From an uncultured virus (IMG/VR IMGVR_UViG_3300046519_000252) (taxonomy: Duplodnaviria; Heunggongvirae; Uroviricota; Caudoviricetes), in IMG/VR virus record IMGVR_UViG_3300046519_000252: DNA of 64,000 bases, one strand, 5' to 3'. This document shows positions 9,316 through 18,544 of this stretch, piece after piece (within the stretch, counting starts at the first letter, position 1; the number at the start of each line of letters is the position of its first letter). Both the position numbers and the translations under genes were made by a program. The notes beneath the pieces are model-generated. The model did not search any database, had not been told where the DNA came from, and worked only from the letters and a program-made list of their open reading frames with translations.

Positions 9316-9672
9316 ATGAGTGACCAGAAGCCTGCTGCTGTTGCCGCCGTCATCGTTCCTGCTGCCGCCATCCGCGCCGGGTACAAGGTCGCGTATCCCG
9401 TGGACGTCAACGGCAAGGAGATCATCAGCCGTGGCGAAGTCTTCTCGTTCCGTCGCGTCGGCCACAACCGCGCGGAGATCACTCTCCTGCACGCCAAGAC
9501 CGGCTCGTTCTTCACGAACGTGATCAAGGGCGGCGACCCCGTGCAGGTGCACTCCGACGCTCTCGTTGCTGAGCCCACGGACGCGCTCTCCGTCGCCCTC
9601 ATGGAGCACGTGAAGGAGCTGCTGAAGAGCCAGGCGAGCGACTTTTATTCGATCTTCCCCATCGAGGACTGA
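9316..9672 (+). CDS. Hypothetical protein
   Basis: Variant motif TAGTGTAGAGA 9269-9279; AGGAG RBS. Confidence 0.7.
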   Translation: MSDQKPAAVAAVIVPAAAIRAGYKVAYPVDVNGKEIISRGEVFSFRRVGHNRAEITLLHAKTGSFFTNVIKGGDPVQVHSDALVAEPTDALSVALMEHVKELLKSQASDFYSIFPIED

Positions 9673-9756
9673 CCCCCAGACTCCCCCGCCGTCCGTGACC
9701 GTGCCGGACGGCGGGGTGTTCCTCCTCCCTGCCGCCCTTCAAGAGATAGAGAAATC

Positions 9757-9948
9757 ATGAGACTGTTCCTGCTTCGCCTCGTGCTGCCCATGTCCCTGTT
9801 CGCGGTGGCGCTGACAGTGACCGCGTGTGAGCCGTCCGGGCACTCCCACCCCCACACCACCACGGTCCGGCAGCCCGGCGAGACTCCCAAGACTCCCAAG
9901 CCGTCCAAGCGGGTCACGGTACGCAAGGTGCCGGGCAAGCGCCGGTAA
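9757..9948 (+). CDS. Small putative lipoprotein
   Basis: Hydrophobic signal ending in VTAC (lipobox-like); basic tail. Confidence 0.5.
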   Translation: MRLFLLRLVLPMSLFAVALTVTACEPSGHSHPHTTTVRQPGETPKTPKPSKRVTVRKVPGKRR

Positions 9949-10051
9949 TTCCGGACGGATCGGGGGCAAAAGGCGGGGGAGCACAAGCTCTTCCGCCTTT
10001 TCGGCTAGGGTAGATACCCAAAAACTGAACACCACCCCAAGGAGATCAGTC

Positions 10052-10354
10052 ATGGCCCAGTACCCGTATTTGGTCGTTTTCGCGACCGCGACCGACCGCT
10101 ACCCCTACGTTGTGCGTGCCAACGATGCGGTGCAGGCCGCCCGCCGGGGTCGGAGGATGTACGAAGCAGACCAGGGCGAGAACGCCACAGGTGAACTGCT
10201 GGGGCGGGTCCTGGATCTGAATCCGAAGCAGGTGGACGGCAAGTTTCTTCCTCGCCTCAACGGCAAGGTGGTGTCGTCGGATCCTTACGAGACCCCACAA
10301 CAGGCTATCGATGCCACGCTGGCGTTCCTCAACACCCGGAGGTCCATCGCATGA
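10052..10354 (+). CDS. Hypothetical protein
   Basis: Motif 10006-10016; AAGGAG RBS. Confidence 0.7.
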   Translation: MAQYPYLVVFATATDRYPYVVRANDAVQAARRGRRMYEADQGENATGELLGRVLDLNPKQVDGKFLPRLNGKVVSSDPYETPQQAIDATLAFLNTRRSIA

Positions 10355-10587
10355 CTGAACTGGAGCGGGCCGTACTCCCGTACTTGGGGCATGTGCACGT
10401 AGAACGTACGAAGGCGTGTACGTGCCCTGAGGACAGCTGGGCCCCGTGCGGGGGTCAGTATGCGGGCCGGTACGACGTGGCTTGTCCTCATCACAGGAGG
10501 TTGGGCCCTTGGGGGTCGTCGCACGATCCGTCGGGTTGCCCTAACCAGGATGACCGGGCGCAGCCCCTCACCGTGGAGGGCAACTGA
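10351..10587 (+). CDS. Cys/His-rich hypothetical protein
   Basis: ATGA coupling; GGAGG RBS. Confidence 0.5.
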   Translation: MTELERAVLPYLGHVHVERTKACTCPEDSWAPCGGQYAGRYDVACPHHRRLGPWGSSHDPSGCPNQDDRAQPLTVEGN

Positions 10588-10696
10588 CGTGCCGTTAGGG
10601 ATATTAGGGGGGTTAGGCGGATGGAATCCGATGCTTCCCCGATCCCATTTATGGTAGGGTAGATACATCGTACGAAACACCGTCAAGGAGATCGCT

Positions 10697-11200
10697 ATGC
10701 CCAAGATCGTTGTAAGCGCCGAAGTCGAGAGCCGGATCACCCGGCACGCCGACCCCGACGACATCTGGGATGCAGGCGACACGGCAGGCGAGGTCAGCAA
10801 CGTAGAGGCTTTCATCGATCGCCACGACGGCCGTTACTACGGTGAGTCCGTCGCCCGTGAGCTGGACGTGAAGATCGGCGACACCGTGTACGCGGTCGTC
10901 GCGGACTACGAGAGCGGCAGCACCTTCGGCCGCAGCGGCGGGCATGCGACCGTCCTTGATGTCTTCACCACCCTGCTGGAAGCAGAGGGTCTCCTCGAAG
11001 CCGCTCAGGCGCCTCCGGCGAGTGACGACTACAGCGACCGGTACTCGTTCACGCACAACGGCGTGGATTACCACCGGTCTTGGGTCGGTCACTTCGAGAG
11101 TCTCAACAGCCTGGACATCTGGGACATACAGGTCAAGCAGAACCCCCACGACCCGATCAAGAAGGGTCCTGGCCGCTACAGCCTCAAGCGGGGGCATTGA
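10697..11200 (+). CDS. Hypothetical protein
   Basis: Motif 10655-10665; AAGGAG RBS. Confidence 0.75.
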   Translation: MPKIVVSAEVESRITRHADPDDIWDAGDTAGEVSNVEAFIDRHDGRYYGESVARELDVKIGDTVYAVVADYESGSTFGRSGGHATVLDVFTTLLEAEGLLEAAQAPPASDDYSDRYSFTHNGVDYHRSWVGHFESLNSLDIWDIQVKQNPHDPIKKGPGRYSLKRGH

Positions 11201-11263
11201 ATCGCCGCATAGATCCCGGGTGTTGCTCACCCGGGATCTATGCTAGGGTAGATACATCAACAA

Positions 11264-11414
11264 GGGCGGAATGGCGAGCGTAGGCCGGTTCGAGTCCGGC
11301 CGTCCCGCAGGTCGCGGGTGTGAGGTTCAATTCCTCTTAACCACGGTGGCAAAAAGTGAGGGGCGCGCCCCCGATGACCGCGCAGAGAGGTTCGAGTCCT
11401 CTCCCGCCCGCGCA
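11264..11414 (+). ncRNA. Candidate structured RNA with three T-loop-like hairpins (tRNA mimic or terD leader)
   Basis: GCCGG-TTCGAGT-CCGGC, GAGG-TTCAATT-CCTC and GAGAGG-TTCGAGT-CCTCTC; GGGCGG/CCGCCC closing helix; starts just after motif 11244-11254. Confidence 0.55.
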
Positions 11415-11448
11415 AGACTCTCCCCAACTGACCACGGAGGTCACATCC

Positions 11449-12045
11449 ATGAGCACTCCCATGATCACCCTCACCAAGGACAGCGGCCCCGCCGACCTCG
11501 ACGGCGTCACCCACATGGCCATCGGCGTCTCCTGGGACACCACCGCCGGAAGCAGCGGCGGCCCCCTGGGCGCTCTTCGTCGCAAGGTCGGCACTGACCT
11601 CGACCTGATTGCCGTCGCCATGCAGGGCCCGGACCCGGTGCGTCTCGCAGGCCTCGACTCCCTGGACCCTCTGGGCAACAGCTCCCTGGTGCACAGCGGC
11701 GACAACCAGACGGGCAAGGGCGAGGGCGACGACGAGATCGTCACGGTCGATTTCGCCAAGGTCCCCGCGAACGTCACCGCGATCGTGTTCATCGCCGCTG
11801 CCTACAAGAAGGGCAGTTCCTTCCAGAAGGCCCGCAACATCAGCTTCAAGGTGTACGACGCCACAGGGGGCAGCAGCACGCAGGTCGCCGACATCTGGCC
11901 GTCCCTTCTCAGTTCGGACAACGGGTGCGCGGTCGCCAAGGCCTTCCGCGTCGGCTCCGGCTGGAAGCTCCAGGTGGTCAACGAGACCGGGAAGATCAAG
12001 CAGGGTGACGAGTTCGCTCTGATGCGGTTCGCCATCAGCAAGTGA
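11449..12045 (+). CDS. terD: TerD-family stress protein
   Basis: GVSWD...DLDL...HSGDNQTGKGEGDDE.V.VD...VP motifs. Confidence 0.85.
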   Translation: MSTPMITLTKDSGPADLDGVTHMAIGVSWDTTAGSSGGPLGALRRKVGTDLDLIAVAMQGPDPVRLAGLDSLDPLGNSSLVHSGDNQTGKGEGDDEIVTVDFAKVPANVTAIVFIAAAYKKGSSFQKARNISFKVYDATGGSSTQVADIWPSLLSSDNGCAVAKAFRVGSGWKLQVVNETGKIKQGDEFALMRFAISK

Positions 12046-12295
12046 CCGTTTACGACTACGAGCCGGGCGCGGGCCCGGTTGTACCGGTTTGCCCTGACGA
12101 GAACTGCACGAACACGGAAGACCTCTGGGTTCAGGAGTGCGCCCCCGGCCGTACGTGGGCGTTCTCCAGCAGTGTCTGCGGTCACTGGGGCTTCATCCAC
12201 AAAAAGTCCGACGACGCGTGATTCCATAACCCCCGGGGCTTCCGAGCCTCGGGGGTTCGTGCTAGGGTAGATACATCGACTAACAAGGAGACATC

Positions 12296-12604
12296 ATGGC
12301 TCGCTGGGACATCCTCGCAACCCCCGCCAATCTCCCCCTCACCCGTGACCGCCTCGTAAATGCCGTCCAGCACACGGACGGTGTGGACGTCGGTGAGATC
12401 GTCTGGGAGTACGACGGAATGCCCGGCTTCGGCTTCACCGTCGTCGGCAACGAGACCGCCGCGTTCGGCCGGTTCCTCCTGGCGGTCACCCGGATGTTCG
12501 AGGACGACCCGCTGACTCAGATCTTCGTGGACCGCGTGGTCGTGGGGCGCTCTGGGGGCTACAAGAAGGTTGTGTTCTTCCCGGTTCAGCTCCTCAACGA
12601 CTGA
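12296..12604 (+). CDS. Hypothetical protein
   Basis: Motif 12263-12273; AAGGAG RBS. Confidence 0.7.
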   Translation: MARWDILATPANLPLTRDRLVNAVQHTDGVDVGEIVWEYDGMPGFGFTVVGNETAAFGRFLLAVTRMFEDDPLTQIFVDRVVVGRSGGYKKVVFFPVQLLND

Positions 12605-12686
12605 CCCCATCCCTACCGGCGCCGCCTCTCGAACCAGAGGGGCGGCGCCTAGTACGTTCTACCCTGCAAGAGATAGGCTTGATCCT

Positions 12687-13619
12687 GTGTCCGAAAAACT
12701 TGAGGCAGCGCTCGAATGGCTGGCAGACGGCTACGTCCTGACCAAGCTGCACGGCGTGACGCGTCGTGGAAACTGCTCCTGTGGCGGGGGCTGCGGCAAG
12801 CGTGTAGGCAAGCATCCTGTTTTTAAGGACCCGCACGGGGAGCACGCGATCCGCACCCCCGAGCAAGCTGAGGATGCCTTCGGAAGCGGGCTCTATAACC
12901 CTGGCCTCGTGACAGGCAGTCCCACCGGCGTCGTCGTGTTGGACGTGGACACCGACGACGGCAAGGTGGGCCGGGAGTCCCTGGAGAGGCTGGCGGCGGC
13001 GCACGGCTGGGACGATCTGGAGGCCACCCGGCAGCACCGGACTGGCGGGGGCGGGACGCAATACCTCTTCACGTATAAGGGCCCTGCGTTGAAGACAACG
13101 CTGTCGGTTCTCGGGCCGGATCTGGACTTCAAGGCGGGGGACGGCGGGGCGTTCATCGTGCTTCCTCCGTCGCGCAGTGCTAAGGGCTTGTACGAGGTGC
13201 TGTCGGACGACCCTATCCAGAAGGCCCCCAGCTGGCTCCTGAAGCTCTGTGAGAGACAGAGTGATCCGACGGGCCGTGAAGGTACCGTGCAGGCCTCCAG
13301 CGTGGCGTACACGGCTCCTCCAGACGCTGCGACGGCCCAACGCTGGGACTACTACGCGGAGCGGGTCATCTGGGAGGCCCGGGACAAGCTCCGGGATCTC
13401 CAGACCGCCCGGAGCGGGTGGACGATGGGGATCTTTTCCGCCTGCTGCACGATCTTCGAAATAGCTAACTCCCCCTGGAACACGGTCAGCGTCCGGGAAG
13501 CGGAGCGGCTGATCAGGCAGGTACTGCCGACCGTGACGGACGGATCTGACTTCAATCCGTGGGACGTGGTTGAGCAGGCAAAGCGCAGAACAGCGGGCAG
13601 GGGACGGCCCGCCCCCTGA
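12687..13619 (+). CDS. Bifunctional DNA primase/polymerase (Prim-Pol domain), no fused helicase
   Basis: CSCG..C...GKHP, NPGLVTG, VVVLDVD, TGGGG.QYLF and IVLPPS motifs; start uncertain. Confidence 0.85.
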   Translation: MSEKLEAALEWLADGYVLTKLHGVTRRGNCSCGGGCGKRVGKHPVFKDPHGEHAIRTPEQAEDAFGSGLYNPGLVTGSPTGVVVLDVDTDDGKVGRESLERLAAAHGWDDLEATRQHRTGGGGTQYLFTYKGPALKTTLSVLGPDLDFKAGDGGAFIVLPPSRSAKGLYEVLSDDPIQKAPSWLLKLCERQSDPTGREGTVQASSVAYTAPPDAATAQRWDYYAERVIWEARDKLRDLQTARSGWTMGIFSACCTIFEIANSPWNTVSVREAERLIRQVLPTVTDGSDFNPWDVVEQAKRRTAGRGRPAP

Positions 13620-13643
13620 CCCTGGATGGCTTGGGAGGGTGTA

Positions 13644-14012
13644 ATGGATTTTACGGCGGATCAAATTGCGCACGTAGTACACGAGGCGAACCGGGTGTTA
13701 CAGCGGATCACGGGGGATGCGGTGCTGTCGCGGTCCTGGTGGGAGGCCCCGCAGGTTCAGCGGGAGGGTCTTGTACACGGGGTGCAGAAGGCCCTTGAAG
13801 GGGCGACTCCTGAGGAGCTGCATGAGGAGTGGGTGCGGTATCGGGCGGCTCGGGGGTGGAAGTACGGTCGTTTGAAGGATGAGCATGCCCGGACTCATCC
13901 GTGCATGGTTCCTTTTGATCAGCTTCCTCCGGAACAGCAGATGAAAGACCGGTTGTTCCACGCGATTGTGCATACGTTGGCTGGTCATCTGGTTTCGGTT
14001 GAAAAAGCCTAG
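13644..14012 (+). CDS. RyR-domain phage protein
   Basis: HEEW......GWKYG..KD...THPCMVPFDQLP...Q.KDR. Confidence 0.75.
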   Translation: MDFTADQIAHVVHEANRVLQRITGDAVLSRSWWEAPQVQREGLVHGVQKALEGATPEELHEEWVRYRAARGWKYGRLKDEHARTHPCMVPFDQLPPEQQMKDRLFHAIVHTLAGHLVSVEKA

Positions 14013-14084
14013 TTGCTACCCCCTAGTACACTGTGCTAGGGTAGATATATCGCAAGGAGGAATACCTACCCCAAGGAGATCCCC

Positions 14085-14594
14085 GTGTCCTCACCTCTGC
14101 TGCTTCTCGATGTCGATGGTGTTTTGTCCCCCACCTTCGCGACGCACAAGCCCCAGGGCTACAACGCGTTCCAGGTCATGCGTGCGGAGCTGGGGGTTTT
14201 CCGGCCGCAGCTCCGACGGATATGGCTGAACAAGAACCACGGGACGTGGCTCAAGGCGCTCGACGTCGACATGGTCTGGGCCACAGCGTGGGAGGCTGCC
14301 GCGAACTGGGAGATCGGACCCCGTATCGGCCTGGGCCCCATGGATCACATCACCTTCAGCAACAGGACATTTCAGCGCAATCTGGATGGGTCGCACTGGA
14401 AGCTGGATGACTTGATGCTGAACGCGGACGGGCGCCCTTTCGTATGGGTAGACGATGGCATCTCAGGCGCCGACACGGTGCGCGTGGCCCTGGAGTACCC
14501 GGCGCCTGCGCTTCTGTACCGTGTCGACCCGCGATGGGGGCTCACCTTGGACGATATGACGAGTATCTGGCAGTGGATCGATGTCGTGTCGTGA
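14085..14594 (+). CDS. HAD-superfamily phosphatase (Swiss-Army-Knife RNA-repair type)
   Basis: LLLDVDGVL, WATAW and FVWVDD motifs; motif 14037-14047 upstream. Confidence 0.8.
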   Translation: MSSPLLLLDVDGVLSPTFATHKPQGYNAFQVMRAELGVFRPQLRRIWLNKNHGTWLKALDVDMVWATAWEAAANWEIGPRIGLGPMDHITFSNRTFQRNLDGSHWKLDDLMLNADGRPFVWVDDGISGADTVRVALEYPAPALLYRVDPRWGLTLDDMTSIWQWIDVVS

Positions 14595-14620
14595 CGGGGG
14601 ATGCACAGTCCGTAGCAGGG

Positions 14621-14652
14621 AAGCCTGTCAGCTCCAGCTGACGGGCTTTTTT
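14621..14652 (+). terminator. Intrinsic terminator
   Basis: AAGCCTGTCAGC-TCCA-GCTGACGGGCTT plus T run. Confidence 0.7.
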
Positions 14653-14709
14653 GCGCGTAAGATCTGTTTTTAACTAGGGTAGATAAACTTATTTAGCGAG
14701 GGGCGCAAC

Positions 14710-14943
14710 ATGGATCTGTCAAGGCTTGAGGCGGTTGACCCGGTGAACGCGGTGGATCCGAATGAGTTGCTGCGCAGGCTGAGGGAGGCCTGTCAGCAGA
14801 CAATGACGGACCTGGACGACCCGGTGACTGCGGAGGATGTACCAGCCAACGAGGCGGGTATGGCGACACTTTTCTTGCAGCTTGACGACTGGGTTGCCCG
14901 GGGAGGTTTTCTCCCGCAGGCGTGGCAGGACTCAGCCGAATAA
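14710..14943 (+). CDS. Hypothetical protein
   Basis: Motif 14675-14685; LDDW...GGFLP.AW segment. Confidence 0.65.
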   Translation: MDLSRLEAVDPVNAVDPNELLRRLREACQQTMTDLDDPVTAEDVPANEAGMATLFLQLDDWVARGGFLPQAWQDSAE

Positions 14944-14970
14944 ATGTGCTAGGGTAGATCTATCCGCGTG

Positions 14971-15100
14971 AGGCAGGTTGGCGGTCGAATCGAAGCACCC
15001 TATCGCACAAACGAGGGATAGCTCACAAGTTCGACCCAAATCACCCATAAACAGGCCTGACCCCGGTGTAATACCGGGGTCAAGTTGTGTTCCGAACAAG
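14971..15100 (+). promoter_or_regulatory. Structured 5' leader upstream of the NlpC/P60 gene
   Basis: GGTCGAA/TTCGACC, CTATC/GATAG and TGACCCCGGT/ACCGGGGTCA helices lie between the variant promoter (14950) and the RBS. Confidence 0.5.
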
Positions 15101-15109
15101 GAGCTACCC

Positions 15110-15586
15110 ATGCGCAAAATCGCTGGCACCGCTGTGTCCCTCTCCCTGGCGGGAGGGCTGGTCCTCTCCGCCGCAGCAGACTCTCAGGCAGCCCCCTCGC
15201 TACGGTCCAGAGCTGAGGCCATAGCCGAAAAACAGATCGGCGACCCCTATCGATGGGGCGCCACAGGCCCTAACGCCTTCGACTGCTCCGGCCTGGTGAA
15301 GTACTCGTTCAGCAAGGCCGGAAAAACGATTCCCCGCACTGCCCAGCAGCAGTACAACGCCTCGCATCACGAGTCCTGGCGGTCCCGCACGAAGGGAGAC
15401 ATCGTGGCCATCGGCACCTCGGCCCGCCGCATCACGCACATCGGGATCTACGTGGGGTACTGGAAGGGCAAGAGCTGGATGGTGAACGCCAGCTCCGGCC
15501 GGACGACCAAGCACGAGGTCATGATCGCCCCGATCAATTGGTACCTCGGCGGCGGTCGTCACACGTACTACGGGCGGATCAGCTGA
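15110..15586 (+). CDS. Secreted NlpC/P60 peptidoglycan endopeptidase
   Basis: Signal peptide; PY.WG..GP..FDCSGL...PRTA..Q...GD...HIGIY. Confidence 0.9.
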   Translation: MRKIAGTAVSLSLAGGLVLSAAADSQAAPSLRSRAEAIAEKQIGDPYRWGATGPNAFDCSGLVKYSFSKAGKTIPRTAQQQYNASHHESWRSRTKGDIVAIGTSARRITHIGIYVGYWKGKSWMVNASSGRTTKHEVMIAPINWYLGGGRHTYYGRIS

Positions 15587-15735
15587 GCAGGGTTTGATGC
15601 AGTAGACTCGCAGCGTTCCTACACCGCGCAGGACGCTACAAACCTGACGTGACCAGCGGAAAGACGGGCGGAACATCTCAGGATGTTCCGCCCGTTGCTG
15701 TTCTCCCCTACTAGGCCATGAGATAGGGTAGATAT

Positions 15736-16284
15736 ATGACTGACTCGTCCCCACTGTCTCCGCAGGAAACCAAGGTAGTCCGGCTCCTGGCTGAAGGACT
15801 GACGCCGACTGCGATAGCCGCTTATCTGGGTCTTCGGTCCAGCGGAACCGCGTCTCACTACATGGGCCGCATCCGCACGAAGCTGGGGGTACAGACGAAC
15901 GAACAGGCCGTAGCGTATCTGGCCTGGTACCACCCGAAAGTCCTCGCAGGCTGCATGATCAAGCACGGCACGCTGCAAGCCCTGGACTGGCACGATGAGC
16001 ACGAGATCCCGTTGTGCCGGATGTGCCAGGCACTCACGGACATCCGGGCGGCCCGCGTGAAGATGCCCGGGAAGCGGCCTGGTCCGAAGCGAGGCACGAC
16101 GTACCAGCGTCTGAAGCCGGTGGATTCGCTCGTGCCGTCCGGGGCTCCGATGGAGCACGGGACCATCGAGATGGCCCGCAGGCATATCCGCAGTAAAGAC
16201 CGGATCAACGATCTGACGTGCGGGTGCCGGGAGGCGTATCAGGAGTGGTGGCGGGAGTATCAGCGGGCCCGCAACGCGAGTTGA
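15736..16284 (+). CDS. LuxR-type HTH regulator with Cys/His C-terminal repeats, probably leaderless
   Basis: LSPQE..V..LLAEG.T...IA..LG...GTA..Y..RIR.KLG; HGT...C..C twice; ATG is 6 nt after TAGGGT. Confidence 0.75.
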   Translation: MTDSSPLSPQETKVVRLLAEGLTPTAIAAYLGLRSSGTASHYMGRIRTKLGVQTNEQAVAYLAWYHPKVLAGCMIKHGTLQALDWHDEHEIPLCRMCQALTDIRAARVKMPGKRPGPKRGTTYQRLKPVDSLVPSGAPMEHGTIEMARRHIRSKDRINDLTCGCREAYQEWWREYQRARNAS

Positions 16285-16394
16285 CGGACGACCCCCGGAC
16301 AGGCAGGCAGTGGCCCTTGTCCGGGGGTTTTGCGTTTCCTTCACGTCGTATGCTAGGGTAGATATATCAGTCGGGCACCAGAACCGAGGAGACC

Positions 16395-16694
16395 GTGATG
16401 ACTGTCAAGCTGCTGGCGATCGACCCCTACGACTGCGGGTGCAACGAGTGCATGACCGGCGAGTACAAGCCTCTGATGAGTGCGACGGATGACGACATCG
16501 CGGATCTGCTGGCGGGGCGTCTGCGGGACAACACCTATGGCGGGTCGCTGGACGTCTCGGTGAACTACCGGACCAGCAAGGGCAGCCACTCCCGGATGAC
16601 GCTGGAAATCGACAGCGTCACGGTGACGTACACGGACTACGACGGCTCCGAGAGGACGTGGAGCCCCGACCCGTACCGCGCGGGTCTGGCGTAG
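16395..16694 (+). CDS. Hypothetical protein
   Basis: Motif 16354-16364; GAGGAG RBS; CGCNEC motif. Confidence 0.7.
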   Translation: MMTVKLLAIDPYDCGCNECMTGEYKPLMSATDDDIADLLAGRLRDNTYGGSLDVSVNYRTSKGSHSRMTLEIDSVTVTYTDYDGSERTWSPDPYRAGLA

Positions 16695-16781
16695 TAGTTC
16701 GGTAAGGGGGCGGGTTGTGTACTCGCTTCCCTTGCTGTTAGGGTAGATATAACGCAGGACACCGAAACCGAGGAGACCGCG

Positions 16782-17021
16782 ATGGACGCCACCGAGATGT
16801 TCGCCTTCCAGTACCGCGAGGAAAACGGCTACCTGCCGGACGAGGTCTACATTCCCACCGACGAAGACGACTTCTCGGACCCCGACCAGCGCGAGATCAT
16901 CACCATGGTCATGGAGCAGTACCGCCTGACCAACGAGGCCCGCCGTGCCGATCGCGACCGGCAGCGCATCGCGTCCCTTGAGCAGCTCCTCACCGACCAC
17001 GGAATCGAGATTCCCGAATGA
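16782..17021 (+). CDS. Hypothetical protein
   Basis: Motif 16739-16749; GAGGAG RBS. Confidence 0.7.
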   Translation: MDATEMFAFQYREENGYLPDEVYIPTDEDDFSDPDQREIITMVMEQYRLTNEARRADRDRQRIASLEQLLTDHGIEIPE

Positions 17022-17266
17022 GCACCCTGGAGTTCCGAGACACCCAGCGCGCGGACGAAATCAGCCTCCGCGACTACATCCAAATCCGGGACGATCACGG
17101 CGAGTGGATCCAAGGCAAGGTCACCGAACTCGCCCTGCATGGCGAGACGTACGAAACCATTCTCATCACGCTCCTGGTGACAGATCCTCCGCGTCTCGTC
17201 CGGATCCGCCGTTTGCCCGGCGACTCCATCAGCTACTCCCTCTACGGCCCCGAGGACACCCTGTGA
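17018..17266 (+). CDS. Hypothetical protein
   Basis: ATGA coupling. Confidence 0.6.
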   Translation: MSTLEFRDTQRADEISLRDYIQIRDDHGEWIQGKVTELALHGETYETILITLLVTDPPRLVRIRRLPGDSISYSLYGPEDTL

Positions 17267-17796
17267 CTGATCAGCCGTCCCGTTTCCACGCCTCCCCCGC
17301 CCAGATCGACGCGTTCCTCCGTCAGAATTTTGCCGAGGACGTTCTCCTGAACTTCTACCGCGCCGCCGGGGATGAGGTGCTGGACGAAGTACGGACCAGC
17401 GCCCAGACGTTCAAGAGTCTCAAGGCGCAAGGGCAGGCCAAGCACGCGTACCTGGCGGCGATCGACGACACCATGGACTACGTCTGGGATGACCGGTACT
17501 TCCCGGCCAAGCTACCGAACCTGGCCACCTACGACCGGCCGTTCAACCTGCCCCGGACCGTGCAGGACTGGGGTCGCGAGTTCCTTCCTTGCACAAAGTG
17601 CGGTGGTCCTCCTGAGGACCACATCGGATGGGACCGGCGTCACCTGTACACCACGGCCTCCCCGGACCCCGCCCCGACGGCAGACGTACCCTCTCCCTGC
17701 TACCGCAAGAAGGTGCACGAGCCTCACAAGTGGCTGAAGGGCCGTCGCGCGGTCCAGTGCCCCGGACATCCGATTGAGGAGAACCCTGATGTCTGA
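17263..17796 (+). CDS. Hypothetical protein with Cys/His motifs
   Basis: GTGA coupling; CTKCG..H and C....H..H.W.....CPG. Confidence 0.6.
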   Translation: MTDQPSRFHASPAQIDAFLRQNFAEDVLLNFYRAAGDEVLDEVRTSAQTFKSLKAQGQAKHAYLAAIDDTMDYVWDDRYFPAKLPNLATYDRPFNLPRTVQDWGREFLPCTKCGGPPEDHIGWDRRHLYTTASPDPAPTADVPSPCYRKKVHEPHKWLKGRRAVQCPGHPIEENPDV

Positions 17797-18148
17797 GCCC
17801 ACCGCCGCACAGCAGCTAATCGAGTACATCGACAGCGCTCACCTGGACCCCGAGTACGTGGAAACCCTGATCGACAAGATCGCCTCAAAGGCCATTGAGG
17901 GGGCCCGGGACCGCATGGTGAAGTCCGTGTGGAAGCAGATGTGGCCGAACGCGCAGAAGGACCGCCAGGGCCTCAGCCAGGCCTATGTTGGTGGCTGGGA
18001 CGACGCGACAGCGACCGCCGTGGACAACATCAAGAACGCCTGGCTTCACACCTGCGGCGAGTGCGAGCAGCCCATCGGCTACACCGGATCCCGGTGGGCG
18101 CACGAAACCCACCCTGACGACAACCACGACGCCCGCCCCGTCCGATAG
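17789..18148 (+). CDS. Hypothetical protein
   Basis: GAGGAG RBS; CGEC...WAH...H.ARP tail. Confidence 0.65.
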   Translation: MSEPTAAQQLIEYIDSAHLDPEYVETLIDKIASKAIEGARDRMVKSVWKQMWPNAQKDRQGLSQAYVGGWDDATATAVDNIKNAWLHTCGECEQPIGYTGSRWAHETHPDDNHDARPVR

Positions 18149-18198
18149 GAATGCGGCTGTGTGCGGAAAGCAGTAAGCAAGCTAGACTGGTACCACCC

Positions 18199-18228
18199 AC
18201 CCGTCCTCTTTCCGAGGGCGGGTTTTTT
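18199..18228 (+). terminator. Intrinsic terminator
   Basis: ACCCGTCCTC-loop-GAGGGCGGGT plus T run. Confidence 0.7.
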
Positions 18229-18249
18229 CTTGCCCAGAGGAGAACCACT

Positions 18250-18465
18250 GTGACTATGGAAGAAGCAATGCGCAGGGTCACCGGTGTCATCCTCCACCCT
18301 GTCTTCGAAAAAGCCCGCCCCGATATCGTCGTAGCGCCCGGCCCTAACCGCACGGTCTCCGTGAACGGCCCGAGAGACCACCTGGACGGCATTTCACGGG
18401 CCCTAACCCGCACCGGCTTAGAGATAGTCCGTCCCGCCCCTGCGACACTCGTAGTCGTATTCTGA
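18250..18465 (+). CDS. Hypothetical protein
   Basis: GAGGAG RBS before GTG; contains a TTA codon. Confidence 0.5.
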   Translation: MTMEEAMRRVTGVILHPVFEKARPDIVVAPGPNRTVSVNGPRDHLDGISRALTRTGLEIVRPAPATLVVVF

Positions 18466-18544
18466 AGGCTTCGGAAAGATGCCTTCCACTGTCCCGCCTC
18501 CCGCCCACGAACAGAAAATTCTGCTACGCGCCCGGGAGGTCGCT

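Noticed and set aside
11264..11414. Canonical tRNA genes
   Set aside because: T arms are present, but I could not fold D and anticodon arms with correct spacing; kept as a tRNA-like candidate only.
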